Of a DNA stretch of 64,000 nt, positions 19,948 to 30,025 are shown one piece after another. A model generated the notes under the pieces. It ran no database searches, was not told where the DNA came from, and saw only the letters and a program-made list of their open reading frames with translations. Position numbers and translations under genes: made by a program. Each line of letters starts with the position of its first letter. Within the stretch, counting starts at the first letter, position 1. Where the stretch lies: NCBI GenBank assembly GCA_934183255.1, contig CAKPSD010000001.1, positions 581,728 to 645,727 on the forward strand, given 5' to 3'. The stretch is from an uncultured Bacilli bacterium. Its GTDB lineage: Bacteria; Bacillota_I; Bacilli_A; RFN20; DUOF01.

Positions 19948-22602
19948 TTATTTTTTCTTCTTAGAATAATAAATCAATACTATTATTTCATGCATTAATA
20001 AAACTACTAATGCAATACCTAGTATATAACACCATTCCAAAAATTGCAAATGTGTTGTTTTAAAGAAGTCATTCAAAAAAGGAACTTCAGTAACTAACAC
20101 TTGTAAAAATATACCAAAACCTACAGAAAAAAGCATTAATTTATTACTAAAAAATTCTTTTCTAACAAATGTCTTTTTGACATTTCTCATTCCTATTGCA
20201 TGAAGCAATTCACATACAGCTAATGTTGTAAAAGCAAAAGTCTGGGCTTTTTTTAGTGTTTCTCCATTTTCTAAAGACATAAGAACATTGTTATAATTAA
20301 CTTTCATTCCTATGTTTATAATTTCAGAAACAGGTATGCTAACAAAAGCAAGTAAAGTTAATAATCCAATCAATATCCCATAAAGAATTGTGCATTTCAT
20401 TCCTCCATGAGCAAATAACGATTCTTTAGGATCCCTCGGCGAGTTTTTCATTACATCACTATCTTTAGGATCACTTCCTAGCGCTAAAGCTGGAACTGAA
20501 TCCGTTAATAAATTGATCCATAATATATGAATTGCAATTAACGGTATTGGCAACCCTATTAGTATTGCAATAAACATAGTTATTATTTCTGCAAAATTAC
20601 TAGACAATAAAAACAGCACTGATTTTTTTATGTTTTCATATATTGTTCTGCCTTCTTCAATAGCTTTTTCTATAGAAGCAAAATTATCATCACTTAGTAC
20701 CATGTCAGCTGCGCCCTTTGCTACATCTGTTCCTGTTATACCCATAGCAATTCCTATATCTGCTGCTTTTAAACTAGGTGCATCATTAACTCCATCTCCG
20801 GTCATTGATACTATTTTATCATTTGCTTTAAAAGCTTTTACAATCATAACTTTATGTTCTGGAGAGACTCTAGCGAAAACTTTAAGTGCGTTTACTTTTT
20901 TGTTTAGTTCATTCTGTGACATTTTATTAAGTTCTTCACCACTAATACATTCGTTCATTGAATCAACTATCCCCAATTCCTTCGCAATAGCAAATGCAGT
21001 ATCTACATGATCTCCTGTAATCATTATTGTTGTTATGCCTGCTTCTTTAAATGTTGCCACAGCATCCTTTGCTTCTGGTCTTGGAGGGTCTATCATGCCA
21101 ACCATTCCTAAAAAGGTTAAATTTCTTTCATTTAATTCATCTATATCTTTATAAGCAATAGCTAGCACTCTTAATGCGCATTTTGACATTTCATGCATTG
21201 CTTTTTCAATCTTTTCTCTATCATTTTGCAATAGTTCTCTTACTCTTCCACCATCATATACTTTAGTACATTTTTTTAACACACTATCAACAGCGCCTTT
21301 TGTATATAATCTCTTATGACCATTATAATCATGTTGAGTAGACATCATTTTTCTTTCTGAATCAAAAGGTAGCTCATTTGTCCTTTTGTATTTATTATTA
21401 AGTATATTTTTATTTATATTAAATTTTTCTCCAAGATCTAAAAGCGCTATTTCTGTTGGATCACCAATTGCCTTATCATTTGTATCATAATATGCATCAT
21501 TACATAAAACCATACCTTCAACTATTTCATTAAAATTACCACTTTTATTTCCTGTAACTTCTTCTAATTTTCCTAAACAATATATCTTTTTTACTATCAT
21601 TTTATTTTGCGTTAATGTTCCTGTTTTATCACTGCAAACAACACTAACTGCGCCCAAAGTTTCTACACTTGGTAATTTTCTAACTATAGTATTAACTTTA
21701 ACCATTCTTTGTACTCCAAGAGCCAAAACAATTGTTACAACTGCCGGTAATCCTTCAGGTATTGCTGCTACAGCTAAAGATATTGCATTAAGTAACATTA
21801 AATATGCATTTCTTTTTTGAACTAGAGCAATTGAAAATAATACTATACATAAACCTATAGTTAAGACTCCTAAAACTTTTCCTAAATCAGATAACCTTTT
21901 CTGCAATGGGGTTGTATCATCTTTTTCATTTTTAATTAAACTAGCTATTTTTCCAACTTGAGTATTCATACCAATAGAAGTTACAATACCACCACCTCTA
22001 CCATTAACAACATTAGTGGACATAAAAGCCATATTTACTTTATCTCCTAAAGGAGCTCCTTTATTCAGTCTTTCATTACAATTTTTTAATACTGGTACAG
22101 ATTCACCAGTAAGAGAAGATTCTTCTATTTTTAAATTATTACTTTCTATAAGTCTAATATCAGCAGGTATTGTTTTACCGCTTTCTATTTCAATAACATC
22201 ACCGACAACTAATTCCTCTGCTTTTATTTCTTTTAGTTTGCCATTTCTTTTAACTATGCAAGTAGGTGAAGACATTTTTTTCAAAGCTTCTAGCGCTTTT
22301 TCTGCCTTAGTTTCTTGTATCGTTCCAATAATACCATTAAGTAACACAACAGAAATAATAATAATAGCGTCACTAATTTCCTTTAAAAGCAATGATACTA
22401 TAGTAGCTGCAAAAAGTATGTAAATCATAGGGTCATTAAGCTGTGACAAAAAAATACTAAAGACACTTTTTTTCTTTGCCTCTTCTATTGAGTTTTTACC
22501 ATTTCTTTTTAGCCTTTCACTTGCCACTTTTTCATCTAATCCTTGACTAATACTAGTATGTAATTCTTTCTCACATTCTTCTATACTTTTACATTCATAC
22601 AT
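19948..22602 (-). CDS. P-type cation-transporting ATPase, Ca2+-ATPase (P2A/P2B, YloB-like)
   Basis: 884 aa. CSDKTGTLTQN phosphorylation motif, TGDGVNDAPSLKAADIGIAMG hinge, 10 TM pattern, PEGLP in TM4. Confidence 0.9.
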   Translation of the reverse strand: MYECKSIEECEKELHTSISQGLDEKVASERLKRNGKNSIEEAKKKSVFSIFLSQLNDPMIYILFAATIVSLLLKEISDAIIIISVVLLNGIIGTIQETKAEKALEALKKMSSPTCIVKRNGKLKEIKAEELVVGDVIEIESGKTIPADIRLIESNNLKIEESSLTGESVPVLKNCNERLNKGAPLGDKVNMAFMSTNVVNGRGGGIVTSIGMNTQVGKIASLIKNEKDDTTPLQKRLSDLGKVLGVLTIGLCIVLFSIALVQKRNAYLMLLNAISLAVAAIPEGLPAVVTIVLALGVQRMVKVNTIVRKLPSVETLGAVSVVCSDKTGTLTQNKMIVKKIYCLGKLEEVTGNKSGNFNEIVEGMVLCNDAYYDTNDKAIGDPTEIALLDLGEKFNINKNILNNKYKRTNELPFDSERKMMSTQHDYNGHKRLYTKGAVDSVLKKCTKVYDGGRVRELLQNDREKIEKAMHEMSKCALRVLAIAYKDIDELNERNLTFLGMVGMIDPPRPEAKDAVATFKEAGITTIMITGDHVDTAFAIAKELGIVDSMNECISGEELNKMSQNELNKKVNALKVFARVSPEHKVMIVKAFKANDKIVSMTGDGVNDAPSLKAADIGIAMGITGTDVAKGAADMVLSDDNFASIEKAIEEGRTIYENIKKSVLFLLSSNFAEIITMFIAILIGLPIPLIAIHILWINLLTDSVPALALGSDPKDSDVMKNSPRDPKESLFAHGGMKCTILYGILIGLLTLLAFVSIPVSEIINIGMKVNYNNVLMSLENGETLKKAQTFAFTTLAVCELLHAIGMRNVKKTFVRKEFFSNKLMLFSVGFGIFLQVLVTEVPFLNDFFKTTHLQFLEWCYILGIALVVLLMHEIIVLIYYSKKKK

Positions 22603-22848
22603 TGTTTATTTCCCGCCTTTATTACTTTATATTTATATTGTATTCGTTTAAGGCATCTCTAATAACCAATAATTAAAAATATACTTTTTAATCAATATGT
22701 TTAAATTTATAATTATATTATAAATAAACAAGTATTTTATCAAATATAAATAAAGAAATAAATAGCAATTTTATAACATTTTGTGATATTATATTAATAC
22801 TATGAAATATAGTTATTATGTATACTTTTTTTGAAGGGAGATTGTTTA

Positions 22849-23976
22849 ATGAAACAAGAAATTATAGCAATGCTACTTGCTGGTGGTAAAGGTGTGCGTT
22901 TAAGTGATTTAACTAAGGCAGTTGCTAAACCAGCAGTTAATTTTGGAGGAAAATATAGAATTATAGATTTTCCCTTATCTAATTGCGCTAATTCAATGAT
23001 AAAAACGGTTGGTGTTTTAACTCAATACGAAGGTGCTAGTTTAACTGAATATATTGGTGATGGACAAAAATGGGGATTAGATGCTGTAGGTTGTTCTTGT
23101 GTTTTATTAGCTCCCGGTCAAAAAGGTGATGACTATTATTTTTATAATGGTACTGCTGATGCTATATATAAGAACCTTTCATTTATGGATAAATATGATC
23201 CTGAATATGTACTAATTTTGTCTGGTGACCATGTTTACAAAATGGACTATGCAAAAATGTTGCATTTCCATAAAAGCAATAATGCAGATATTACAATTGG
23301 TGCTATCAAAGTTTCATTAAAAGAAGCTAGTCGTTTTGGAATAATTAACGCTAATGAAGATTACTCAATTTATGAGTTTGAAGAAAAACCTGAGCATCCA
23401 AAAAGCACTCTAGCATCTATGGGAATTTATATTTTTTCTTATAAGAAATTAAAAGAATATATTTTAAAAGAAATAGCTCATACAGAGAGGGTAGAGCATG
23501 ACTTTGGTAAACACGTACTTCCTGAAATGCTAAAAGATGGCTGCAGGATGTTTGCTTATCCATTTGAGGGATATTGGAAAGATGTAGGAACTGTAGAAAG
23601 TTTATGGCAATCTAACATGGATCTATTAGATGATGATAAATTAGGCCTTCTTGATGCAAATTCTAATTGGAATATATATACTGAAGATACACTATCTGCT
23701 CCTCAATATATTTCGCCAAATGCTACTGTAAGTAATTCATTAATAAATCAAGGATGCTATATAGATGGAGAGGTTACACATTCAGTAATTTTTAATGATG
23801 TGAAAGTAGGAAAAGGTGCTAAGATAATAGATTCTGTTGTGCTTCCTGGAAGTGTAATTGAAGATGGCGCATGTGTTAAAAAATGCATTATAAATTCAAA
23901 TATGACAGTAAAAGCTAATGAAAAGATAAATATTGATGAAAAAAGTATAATATTAGTAAGTGAGGTGGAAGAATAA
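22849..23976 (+). CDS. glgC: Glucose-1-phosphate adenylyltransferase
   Basis: Start taken at ATG 22849 (MKQEIIAMLLAGGKGVRLSDLT) rather than the track's TTG at 22831. RBS GGAG. FGGKYRIIDF, SGDHVYKMDY. Confidence 0.88.
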   Translation: MKQEIIAMLLAGGKGVRLSDLTKAVAKPAVNFGGKYRIIDFPLSNCANSMIKTVGVLTQYEGASLTEYIGDGQKWGLDAVGCSCVLLAPGQKGDDYYFYNGTADAIYKNLSFMDKYDPEYVLILSGDHVYKMDYAKMLHFHKSNNADITIGAIKVSLKEASRFGIINANEDYSIYEFEEKPEHPKSTLASMGIYIFSYKKLKEYILKEIAHTERVEHDFGKHVLPEMLKDGCRMFAYPFEGYWKDVGTVESLWQSNMDLLDDDKLGLLDANSNWNIYTEDTLSAPQYISPNATVSNSLINQGCYIDGEVTHSVIFNDVKVGKGAKIIDSVVLPGSVIEDGACVKKCIINSNMTVKANEKINIDEKSIILVSEVEE

Positions 23977-23977
23977 A

Positions 23978-25090
23978 ATGGATAAGATATTAGGAATTCT
24001 TAATTTACATAGTGACTCCAATTTTGGTAATTTAACAATAAACAAAAATGTTGCTACAACTTCTTTTTTAGGTAGATATTATTTCTTAGATTTTGCACTA
24101 TCTAGATTCACTAATTGCAACATTAATAGCATTGAAGTATTAGTAAAAAACAAACCTACAGCATTATTCAAGCATTTAAGTGTTGGGGCAAAAGCTTGGT
24201 CTATAAATACGCAATTAGGTGGAATAAACTTAATGTATAATGAATTAGAAAGTAAAAGAAGTTATATGAACACTGACTTTAATACTATTCTTACTAATAA
24301 AAAGTTTTTATATAATTACTCTCAAGCATTTGTTTTAGTAGCTCCATGTGACATTATTTCTAACATTGATTATCAAGAAATGATGAGATCTCATATTATG
24401 AGTGGAAAATTAATTACAGTAGCTTATAAAGATTGTTCTGATGAACTTAACAAATATGAGGATGTTAATAAAGTTGTCTTAACTACTGATAAATTAGAGT
24501 CTAACAATAGATTGAAATATTTAACAAAAGACAAAAATAATCCTAATGTTTATATGCAAACATTTATGATTCATAGGACTAAGCTTATTGAAATACTAGA
24601 AAACTTTGATTTAGATGATGAAATTCCAACATTTAACGATATCATAAGTTATGCTGCTAGATTAGAAGATGTTAATGTTTATAAATATGATGGATTTATG
24701 CGTTATTTTAGAACATTAGAAAACTATGTTGATTATAGTTTAGAAATGTTAGACCCTAATAACTATAATAAGCTTTTTGGAGAAAACAACAAACCTATAT
24801 ATACAAGAGGCTATAATACTCCTCCTACTGTATATGGAAAAGGTTCTATTGTTAATAGATGCTTTATAGCTAATGGATGCAACATTCAAGGTAAAGTAAC
24901 AAATTCTATTATAGGTAGAAATGTAAAAATTGATAAAGATGCAGTAGTTAATAATTCTATTATTTTCTCTAATGCTCACATTAAACAAGGTAGTGTTGTA
25001 GAAGATGCTATTATTGAAAATGGCTCTACTGTTGAAGAAAAAACAAAAATAAAAGGCAATAATAAAAAGCCTGCCTACATAAAGTCTTAG
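23978..25090 (+). CDS. glgD: Glucose-1-phosphate adenylyltransferase GlgD (regulatory subunit)
   Basis: Start at ATG 23978 (MDKILGILNLH) after RBS GAGGTGG. Homologous left-handed beta-helix C-terminus. Lacks the GGxGxR catalytic N-terminus typical of GlgC. Confidence 0.8.
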   Translation: MDKILGILNLHSDSNFGNLTINKNVATTSFLGRYYFLDFALSRFTNCNINSIEVLVKNKPTALFKHLSVGAKAWSINTQLGGINLMYNELESKRSYMNTDFNTILTNKKFLYNYSQAFVLVAPCDIISNIDYQEMMRSHIMSGKLITVAYKDCSDELNKYEDVNKVVLTTDKLESNNRLKYLTKDKNNPNVYMQTFMIHRTKLIEILENFDLDDEIPTFNDIISYAARLEDVNVYKYDGFMRYFRTLENYVDYSLEMLDPNNYNKLFGENNKPIYTRGYNTPPTVYGKGSIVNRCFIANGCNIQGKVTNSIIGRNVKIDKDAVVNNSIIFSNAHIKQGSVVEDAIIENGSTVEEKTKIKGNNKKPAYIKS

Positions 25091-25110
25091 CAAAAAAAAG
25101 AGGTGTTACC

Positions 25111-25404
25111 ATGAAATCATTAAAAAGTTTATTAATATGGATTTTAGTCTCTGGTTTCTCTATCGGGTTAGGAATTGGACTAACTTTTCTTATATTTAAA
25201 GAGACAAAGAATTTTCCATTTTTTGGGTGTGGAATTGCCCTTTTAATTGCAATTATAGATTTAATAATTAGCAAAAAAAACAACTACCATTTGGATATCT
25301 TAGTTTATAATTCAGATGATGAAAAATTCATGCTTCTTAATGATATATTAATAGGTTGCCTTTGCTCAATACCTCTTACTATGTTTGTTTCAATATTATT
25401 ATAA
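25111..25404 (+). CDS. Small hypothetical membrane protein (97 aa, 3 TM)
   Basis: RBS AGAGGTG. Hydrophobic helices. Followed by a terminator. Confidence 0.45.
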   Translation: MKSLKSLLIWILVSGFSIGLGIGLTFLIFKETKNFPFFGCGIALLIAIIDLIISKKNNYHLDILVYNSDDEKFMLLNDILIGCLCSIPLTMFVSILL

Positions 25405-25436
25405 AAAAACGAAGTCATTTACTTCGTTTTTATTTT
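25402..25436. terminator. Bidirectional rho-independent terminator between the glg operon and the trxB-like gene
   Basis: AAAACGAAGT-CATTT-ACTTCGTTTT hairpin flanked by A and T runs. Confidence 0.65.
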
Positions 25437-26318
25437 ACTTATATATTTATATGCTTGAACTGCTGCTACTGCTCCTGAACTGCATGCCGTTACTATTTGT
25501 TTTAGGTTATTATTAGTACAATCACCACACGCATATATACCTTCTATTTTAGTTTCTTGATTTTCATTTACAATAACATAGTTTTTATCATTAACTAAGT
25601 TTAATCTAGATGTAATCATTGTATCTGGAATGTCACCATATAAAGGAAAAACACATGATAACTCTATATTTTTTTCTTCCCCATTAGTAGTTATAGTAAC
25701 ACTACTAACTGCATCCTCTCCATTAATAGAAACTAATTTACAGTTATTAATAACTTCTATTTTATTAGTATCTATTTCTTTATAATTTATCACTTCTTTA
25801 TCATTAAGTAAATAAACCTTACTTGCAAACTTAGTTAAATACATTGCTTCTTCAATAGCCTTATTTGAAGAACCTGCAACTGCAACTATTTTATTTTTAT
25901 ATAATGGTGCATCACATATAGTGCAATAGGAAACACCTTTTCCATAGAACTTATCTTCTCCCTTTATTCCTAGTTTTCTTTCACTAGTCCCAGTAGCAAT
26001 AATAACTACATAACTTGTATAACTTTTATCTTCTAATACAACTTCTTTATAATTATCATGATTTACTATATTTATAACATTACCTTGAATGTATTCTCCT
26101 CCAAAAGAAAATGAATGCTTAAACATTTCAAGTGCTAAATCAACACCACTAATTTCTTTTACACTTATCCAGTTTTCTATTTTACTTGTTTTAACCATTT
26201 TACCACCAGGGCAATTTTTTTCTATTACTAGTGTTTTTAAATTAGATCTACTAGCGTACAAACAAGCATTCATTCCTGCTGGGCCAGCCCCAACAATTAT
26301 AAGATCATAATCAACCAT
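25419..26318 (-). CDS. Thioredoxin reductase-like flavoprotein (TrxB family), lacking canonical NADPH-binding motifs
   Basis: FAD GxGxxG at DLIIVGAGPAGMNA. Redox CxxC as SYCTICDAP. Second dinucleotide site degenerate (VAVAGSSNKAIEEAMY versus canonical GGGNSA). HRR motif replaced by LNDKEV. C-terminal YACGDCT..Q..TA.SSGAVAA. Confidence 0.75.
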   Translation of the reverse strand: MVDYDLIIVGAGPAGMNACLYASRSNLKTLVIEKNCPGGKMVKTSKIENWISVKEISGVDLALEMFKHSFSFGGEYIQGNVINIVNHDNYKEVVLEDKSYTSYVVIIATGTSERKLGIKGEDKFYGKGVSYCTICDAPLYKNKIVAVAGSSNKAIEEAMYLTKFASKVYLLNDKEVINYKEIDTNKIEVINNCKLVSINGEDAVSSVTITTNGEEKNIELSCVFPLYGDIPDTMITSRLNLVNDKNYVIVNENQETKIEGIYACGDCTNNNLKQIVTACSSGAVAAVQAYKYISKIKTK

Positions 26319-27159
26319 TTTTCACTAATTCCTCTTTTTTCTTTTTATACTGCAATACTTTTAATGTTATAAATAACCCTACGCCTACTACAATGAATAC
26401 TGCTGACATAAACATTGACATAGACACATTTCCAAGTATTCTCATAATATAAGTTTCATCTCTCATTGGTTCCATTATTATTCTAACGATTCCATAATAT
26501 ACTAAATACATACATCCTAACTCTCCATCTGCTCTTTTAGTATAAAATTTACGAATTACTATGCTAATTAAAATAAAGCCTAATAAGGTTAATAATGATT
26601 CATATAAGAATAATGGAGTAGCGACATAACCTACTCTACAGGAAATTCTACCACCATTCATGTTATTTAAAATAAAATTAGGTATCCAAGAAACGTTTTC
26701 TTTAGAAATACAAGCTCCATATACTTCTTGATTAAAGAAATTTCCCCATCTTCCTATAGATTGAGCAATTAAAATATTAGGAACAACTATATCTACCATT
26801 CTTCTAAAAGTTATATTTACTTTTTTTACTTTTAAAACGATTAATCCTGCTAATACGCCTCCAATTACTCCTCCTTGAATAGCTATTCCACCTTCCCATA
26901 TTTTAATCATAGAAATAGGGTTTGCTAAATAGTAATCAAGTTCACTAAAAATATACCAAATTCTAGCTCCAAGTAAACCTGCTGGAAAACATATTAAAAA
27001 TAGTGTTTCTAATAAATCAGGATATGTTTTATATGCTTCATCTTTTTTATAAAAATATTTACTAACTAAATACGCTACAATAGCTCCAGTTAAAACAATA
27101 ACTGAATACCATGTAATTTCTGTTCCAAATACTGTACTACTATATGCTAAAAAGTTCAT
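26311..27159 (-). CDS. lgt: Prolipoprotein diacylglyceryl transferase
   Basis: Lgt signature IGRWGNFFNQEVYG. Multi-TM. 282 aa. Confidence 0.85.
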   Translation of the reverse strand: MNFLAYSSTVFGTEITWYSVIVLTGAIVAYLVSKYFYKKDEAYKTYPDLLETLFLICFPAGLLGARIWYIFSELDYYLANPISMIKIWEGGIAIQGGVIGGVLAGLIVLKVKKVNITFRRMVDIVVPNILIAQSIGRWGNFFNQEVYGACISKENVSWIPNFILNNMNGGRISCRVGYVATPLFLYESLLTLLGFILISIVIRKFYTKRADGELGCMYLVYYGIVRIIMEPMRDETYIMRILGNVSMSMFMSAVFIVVGVGLFITLKVLQYKKKKEELVKNG

Positions 27160-27188
27160 ATTCTACCTCCATCTACTAAAATTGTACT

Positions 27189-30023
27189 CTATCTTTTTTC
27201 ACTTTCCAATAATTTAGCCAAATATTTACCTGTATAACTTTTTTTATTTTTACTAACTTGTGTAGGAGTTCCAGTGCAAATTATTTCTCCTCCACCATCT
27301 CCACCTTCAGGTCCTAAATCAATTATATGATCTGCTAATTTAATAACATGCAAGTTATGCTCTATTATTACAACACTGTCTCCATTATCTACTATTCTAT
27401 TAATAACCTTCATTAACCTTTTTACATCATCAATATGTAACCCTGTCGTAGGTTCATCAAGAACATATAATGTTTTTCCTGTGCTTTTTCTTTGAAGTTC
27501 ATTAGCTAATTTTACACGTTGTGCTTCTCCTCCTGATAAAGTCAAAGCACTTTGTCCAACTTTTACATAGCCTAAGCCAACATCTATTAAGGTTTGTAAT
27601 TTTCTTTTTATTGAAGGAATATTTTCAAAGAACTTATATGCATCTTCAATGGTCATTTCTAAAACATCATAAATGTTTTTATCTTTATATGTTACTTGCA
27701 ATGTATCTTCACGATATCTAGTACCATGACATTCTTCACAAGTTACATAAACATCAGGTAAGAAATGCATAGGTACTCTTATAACTCCATCACCTTGACA
27801 TTTTTCACACCTTCCACCTTTTACATTGAATGAAAATCTTCCTTTTAAATATCCTCTAGCTTTAGCTTCACTAGTAGAAGCAAATAAATCTCTAATATCA
27901 TCGAATACTCCTACATAAGTTGCTGGGTTACTACGTGGTGTTCTTCCTATTGGTTCTTGTGAAACATTTATAATTTTATCAATATTTTCTAAGCCTTCTA
28001 TTTCCTTATACGCTCCTGGTTTTATTCTACTATTTTTATTTAAATACTTATAAACGGCTTTGTATAATGTGTCATTTATTAAACTTGATTTACCACTTCC
28101 ACTTACACCTGTAACTACTGTTAATTTCCCAAGTGGTATTTGAACATCAACATTCTTAAGATTATTGCAACTAGCGCCTTTAATAGTTAAGTACTTACCA
28201 TTTCCTTCTCTTACTTTAGAATTTAAAGGAATCTTTTCTTTACCACTTAAATATCTACCTGTAAGTGATTTATCATTTTGCATTATTTCACTAGGAGTAC
28301 CTGCTGCAACTATCTCTCCACCGTGCACACCTGCTTTAGGTCCTACATCTATAATATAATCAGATTGCAACATTGTATCTTCATCATGCTCTACTACAAT
28401 TAATGAGTTTCCTAAATCTCTCATTTTCTTTAAAGTAGCTATTAGTTTATCGTTATCTCTTTGATGTAAACCAATTGATGGTTCATCTAAAACATATAAA
28501 ACTCCTGTTAATCTAGATCCAATTTGAGTTGCTAATCTTATACGTTGAAGTTCTCCTCCTGATAAAGTGGAAGCCATCCTGTTTAATGATAAATAATCTA
28601 GTCCTACATCTACTAAAAAACTAAGTCTATTTCTAATTTCTTTAACTAATAAATTTGATATGTCTTTTTCACTATCGCTTAATTTTAAATCATCAAAATA
28701 CTTTAATATTTTCTTTACTGATAATTTAGTTAAATCTTGAATGTTAAGTTTTCCTACTCTCACACATAATGCTAGTTCATTTAATCTATCTCCATGACAT
28801 TTAGGACACTCTACTTCTCCCATATAATATCCATAGAAATCTCTCATCATTTGCGAACTTGTTTCATTATATAGTCTTTCTATTCTCTTCTTTATTCCCT
28901 CAATTAATCCACTACGATGCATTGTATTTCCACTTCTTGTAGTAATTGTATAGGACACAACATCTTTTGAACCATTTAATACTATATCTAATTCTTCACT
29001 AGTAAAATCTTTTAAAGGCTTGTTTCTATCAATATGATACATGTCGCATAATTTAGCAAATTCTTGCCATTCTATGTTCTCACTATCAATTATACTTTTA
29101 TAATAACTAATTCCACCTTGATTTATAGATAAATTATAATCTTTAATTAGTCTATCTACATCTACTTCTAACTTAATTCCTAAACCATGACATTCACTGC
29201 ACGCTCCTAAAGGTGAATTAAATGAAAATAATCTTGGCTCTAATGGAGGTAATGAAAAGCCACATTTTATGCAAGAATAATGTTCAGAAAATAGTTCTTC
29301 TTTCCCATCATAACAAACAATAACAAGGCCTTTTCCTTGCTCTGAAGCAGTACTAATTGAATCATATAATCTTTCTTTTGATTCATCTTTTTTTACAAGA
29401 CGATCTACTACTACATCTATACTATGCTTTTTATTTTTTTCTAGTTCAGGAACTTCCTCTATTAAGTAAGTATTACCATCCACTCTAACTCTAGTAAATC
29501 CATCTTTTAATAGCTTTTCTAAAGTATCTTTATGCGTACCTTTTTGTTCCTTTGCAACATTAGCCATGATGGTTATCTTAGTGCCATTTTCTAATTCCAT
29601 TACTCTTTCTACCATTTGAGTAATTGTTTGTGATTTTATTTCTATATTATGCTTAGGACAATATGGGTGACCAATACGTGCATATAATAATCTTAAATAA
29701 TCATATATTTCTGTTACTGTTCCGACTGTTGATCGAGGGTTATTTGAAGTGGATTTTTGATCTATTGAAATAGAAGGAGATAATCCTTCAATTGAATCAA
29801 CATCTGGCTTTTTCACGCCACCTAAAAACTGTCTAGCATATGCACTCAATGACTCAACATATCTTCTTTGGCCTTCTGCATAAATTGTATCAAAGGCAAG
29901 CGTAGATTTACCACTTCCACTTACACCTGTAACGACTACTAACTTTTCTCTTGGTATTTCTACATCTATATTTTTTAAGTTATTTTCTCTTGCTCCTTTA
30001 ATAATTATCTTGTCTTGTGCCAT
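27189..30023 (-). CDS. uvrA: Excinuclease ABC subunit A
   Basis: 944 aa. Two ABC modules ([10 protein letters not shown] / [17 protein letters not shown]), zinc-finger Cys clusters. [13 protein letters not shown]. Confidence 0.95.
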   Translation of the reverse strand: MAQDKIIIKGARENNLKNIDVEIPREKLVVVTGVSGSGKSTLAFDTIYAEGQRRYVESLSAYARQFLGGVKKPDVDSIEGLSPSISIDQKSTSNNPRSTVGTVTEIYDYLRLLYARIGHPYCPKHNIEIKSQTITQMVERVMELENGTKITIMANVAKEQKGTHKDTLEKLLKDGFTRVRVDGNTYLIEEVPELEKNKKHSIDVVVDRLVKKDESKERLYDSISTASEQGKGLVIVCYDGKEELFSEHYSCIKCGFSLPPLEPRLFSFNSPLGACSECHGLGIKLEVDVDRLIKDYNLSINQGGISYYKSIIDSENIEWQEFAKLCDMYHIDRNKPLKDFTSEELDIVLNGSKDVVSYTITTRSGNTMHRSGLIEGIKKRIERLYNETSSQMMRDFYGYYMGEVECPKCHGDRLNELALCVRVGKLNIQDLTKLSVKKILKYFDDLKLSDSEKDISNLLVKEIRNRLSFLVDVGLDYLSLNRMASTLSGGELQRIRLATQIGSRLTGVLYVLDEPSIGLHQRDNDKLIATLKKMRDLGNSLIVVEHDEDTMLQSDYIIDVGPKAGVHGGEIVAAGTPSEIMQNDKSLTGRYLSGKEKIPLNSKVREGNGKYLTIKGASCNNLKNVDVQIPLGKLTVVTGVSGSGKSSLINDTLYKAVYKYLNKNSRIKPGAYKEIEGLENIDKIINVSQEPIGRTPRSNPATYVGVFDDIRDLFASTSEAKARGYLKGRFSFNVKGGRCEKCQGDGVIRVPMHFLPDVYVTCEECHGTRYREDTLQVTYKDKNIYDVLEMTIEDAYKFFENIPSIKRKLQTLIDVGLGYVKVGQSALTLSGGEAQRVKLANELQRKSTGKTLYVLDEPTTGLHIDDVKRLMKVINRIVDNGDSVVIIEHNLHVIKLADHIIDLGPEGGDGGGEIICTGTPTQVSKNKKSYTGKYLAKLLESEKR

Positions 30024-30025
30024 AA

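Noticed and set aside
19303-19964. Plus-strand ORFs 19303-19581, 19600-19785 and 19782-19964 opposite the 266-aa membrane protein gene
   Set aside because: Shadow ORFs on the antisense strand of a coding region. No start signals.
20630-22423. Plus-strand ORFs 20630-21010 and 22016-22423 inside the Ca-ATPase gene
   Set aside because: Antisense frames of a strongly supported 884-aa P-type ATPase.
22831-22848. TTG start at 22831 for glgC (MKGDCLM…)
   Set aside because: The ATG at 22849 gives the canonical GlgC N-terminus and is preceded by GGAG. The TTG codon overlaps the RBS itself.
24749-25283. Minus-strand ORFs 24749-25093 and 25026-25283 overlapping glgD and the small membrane protein gene
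   Set aside because: Antisense low-complexity frames. The sense-strand genes have RBSs and family motifs.
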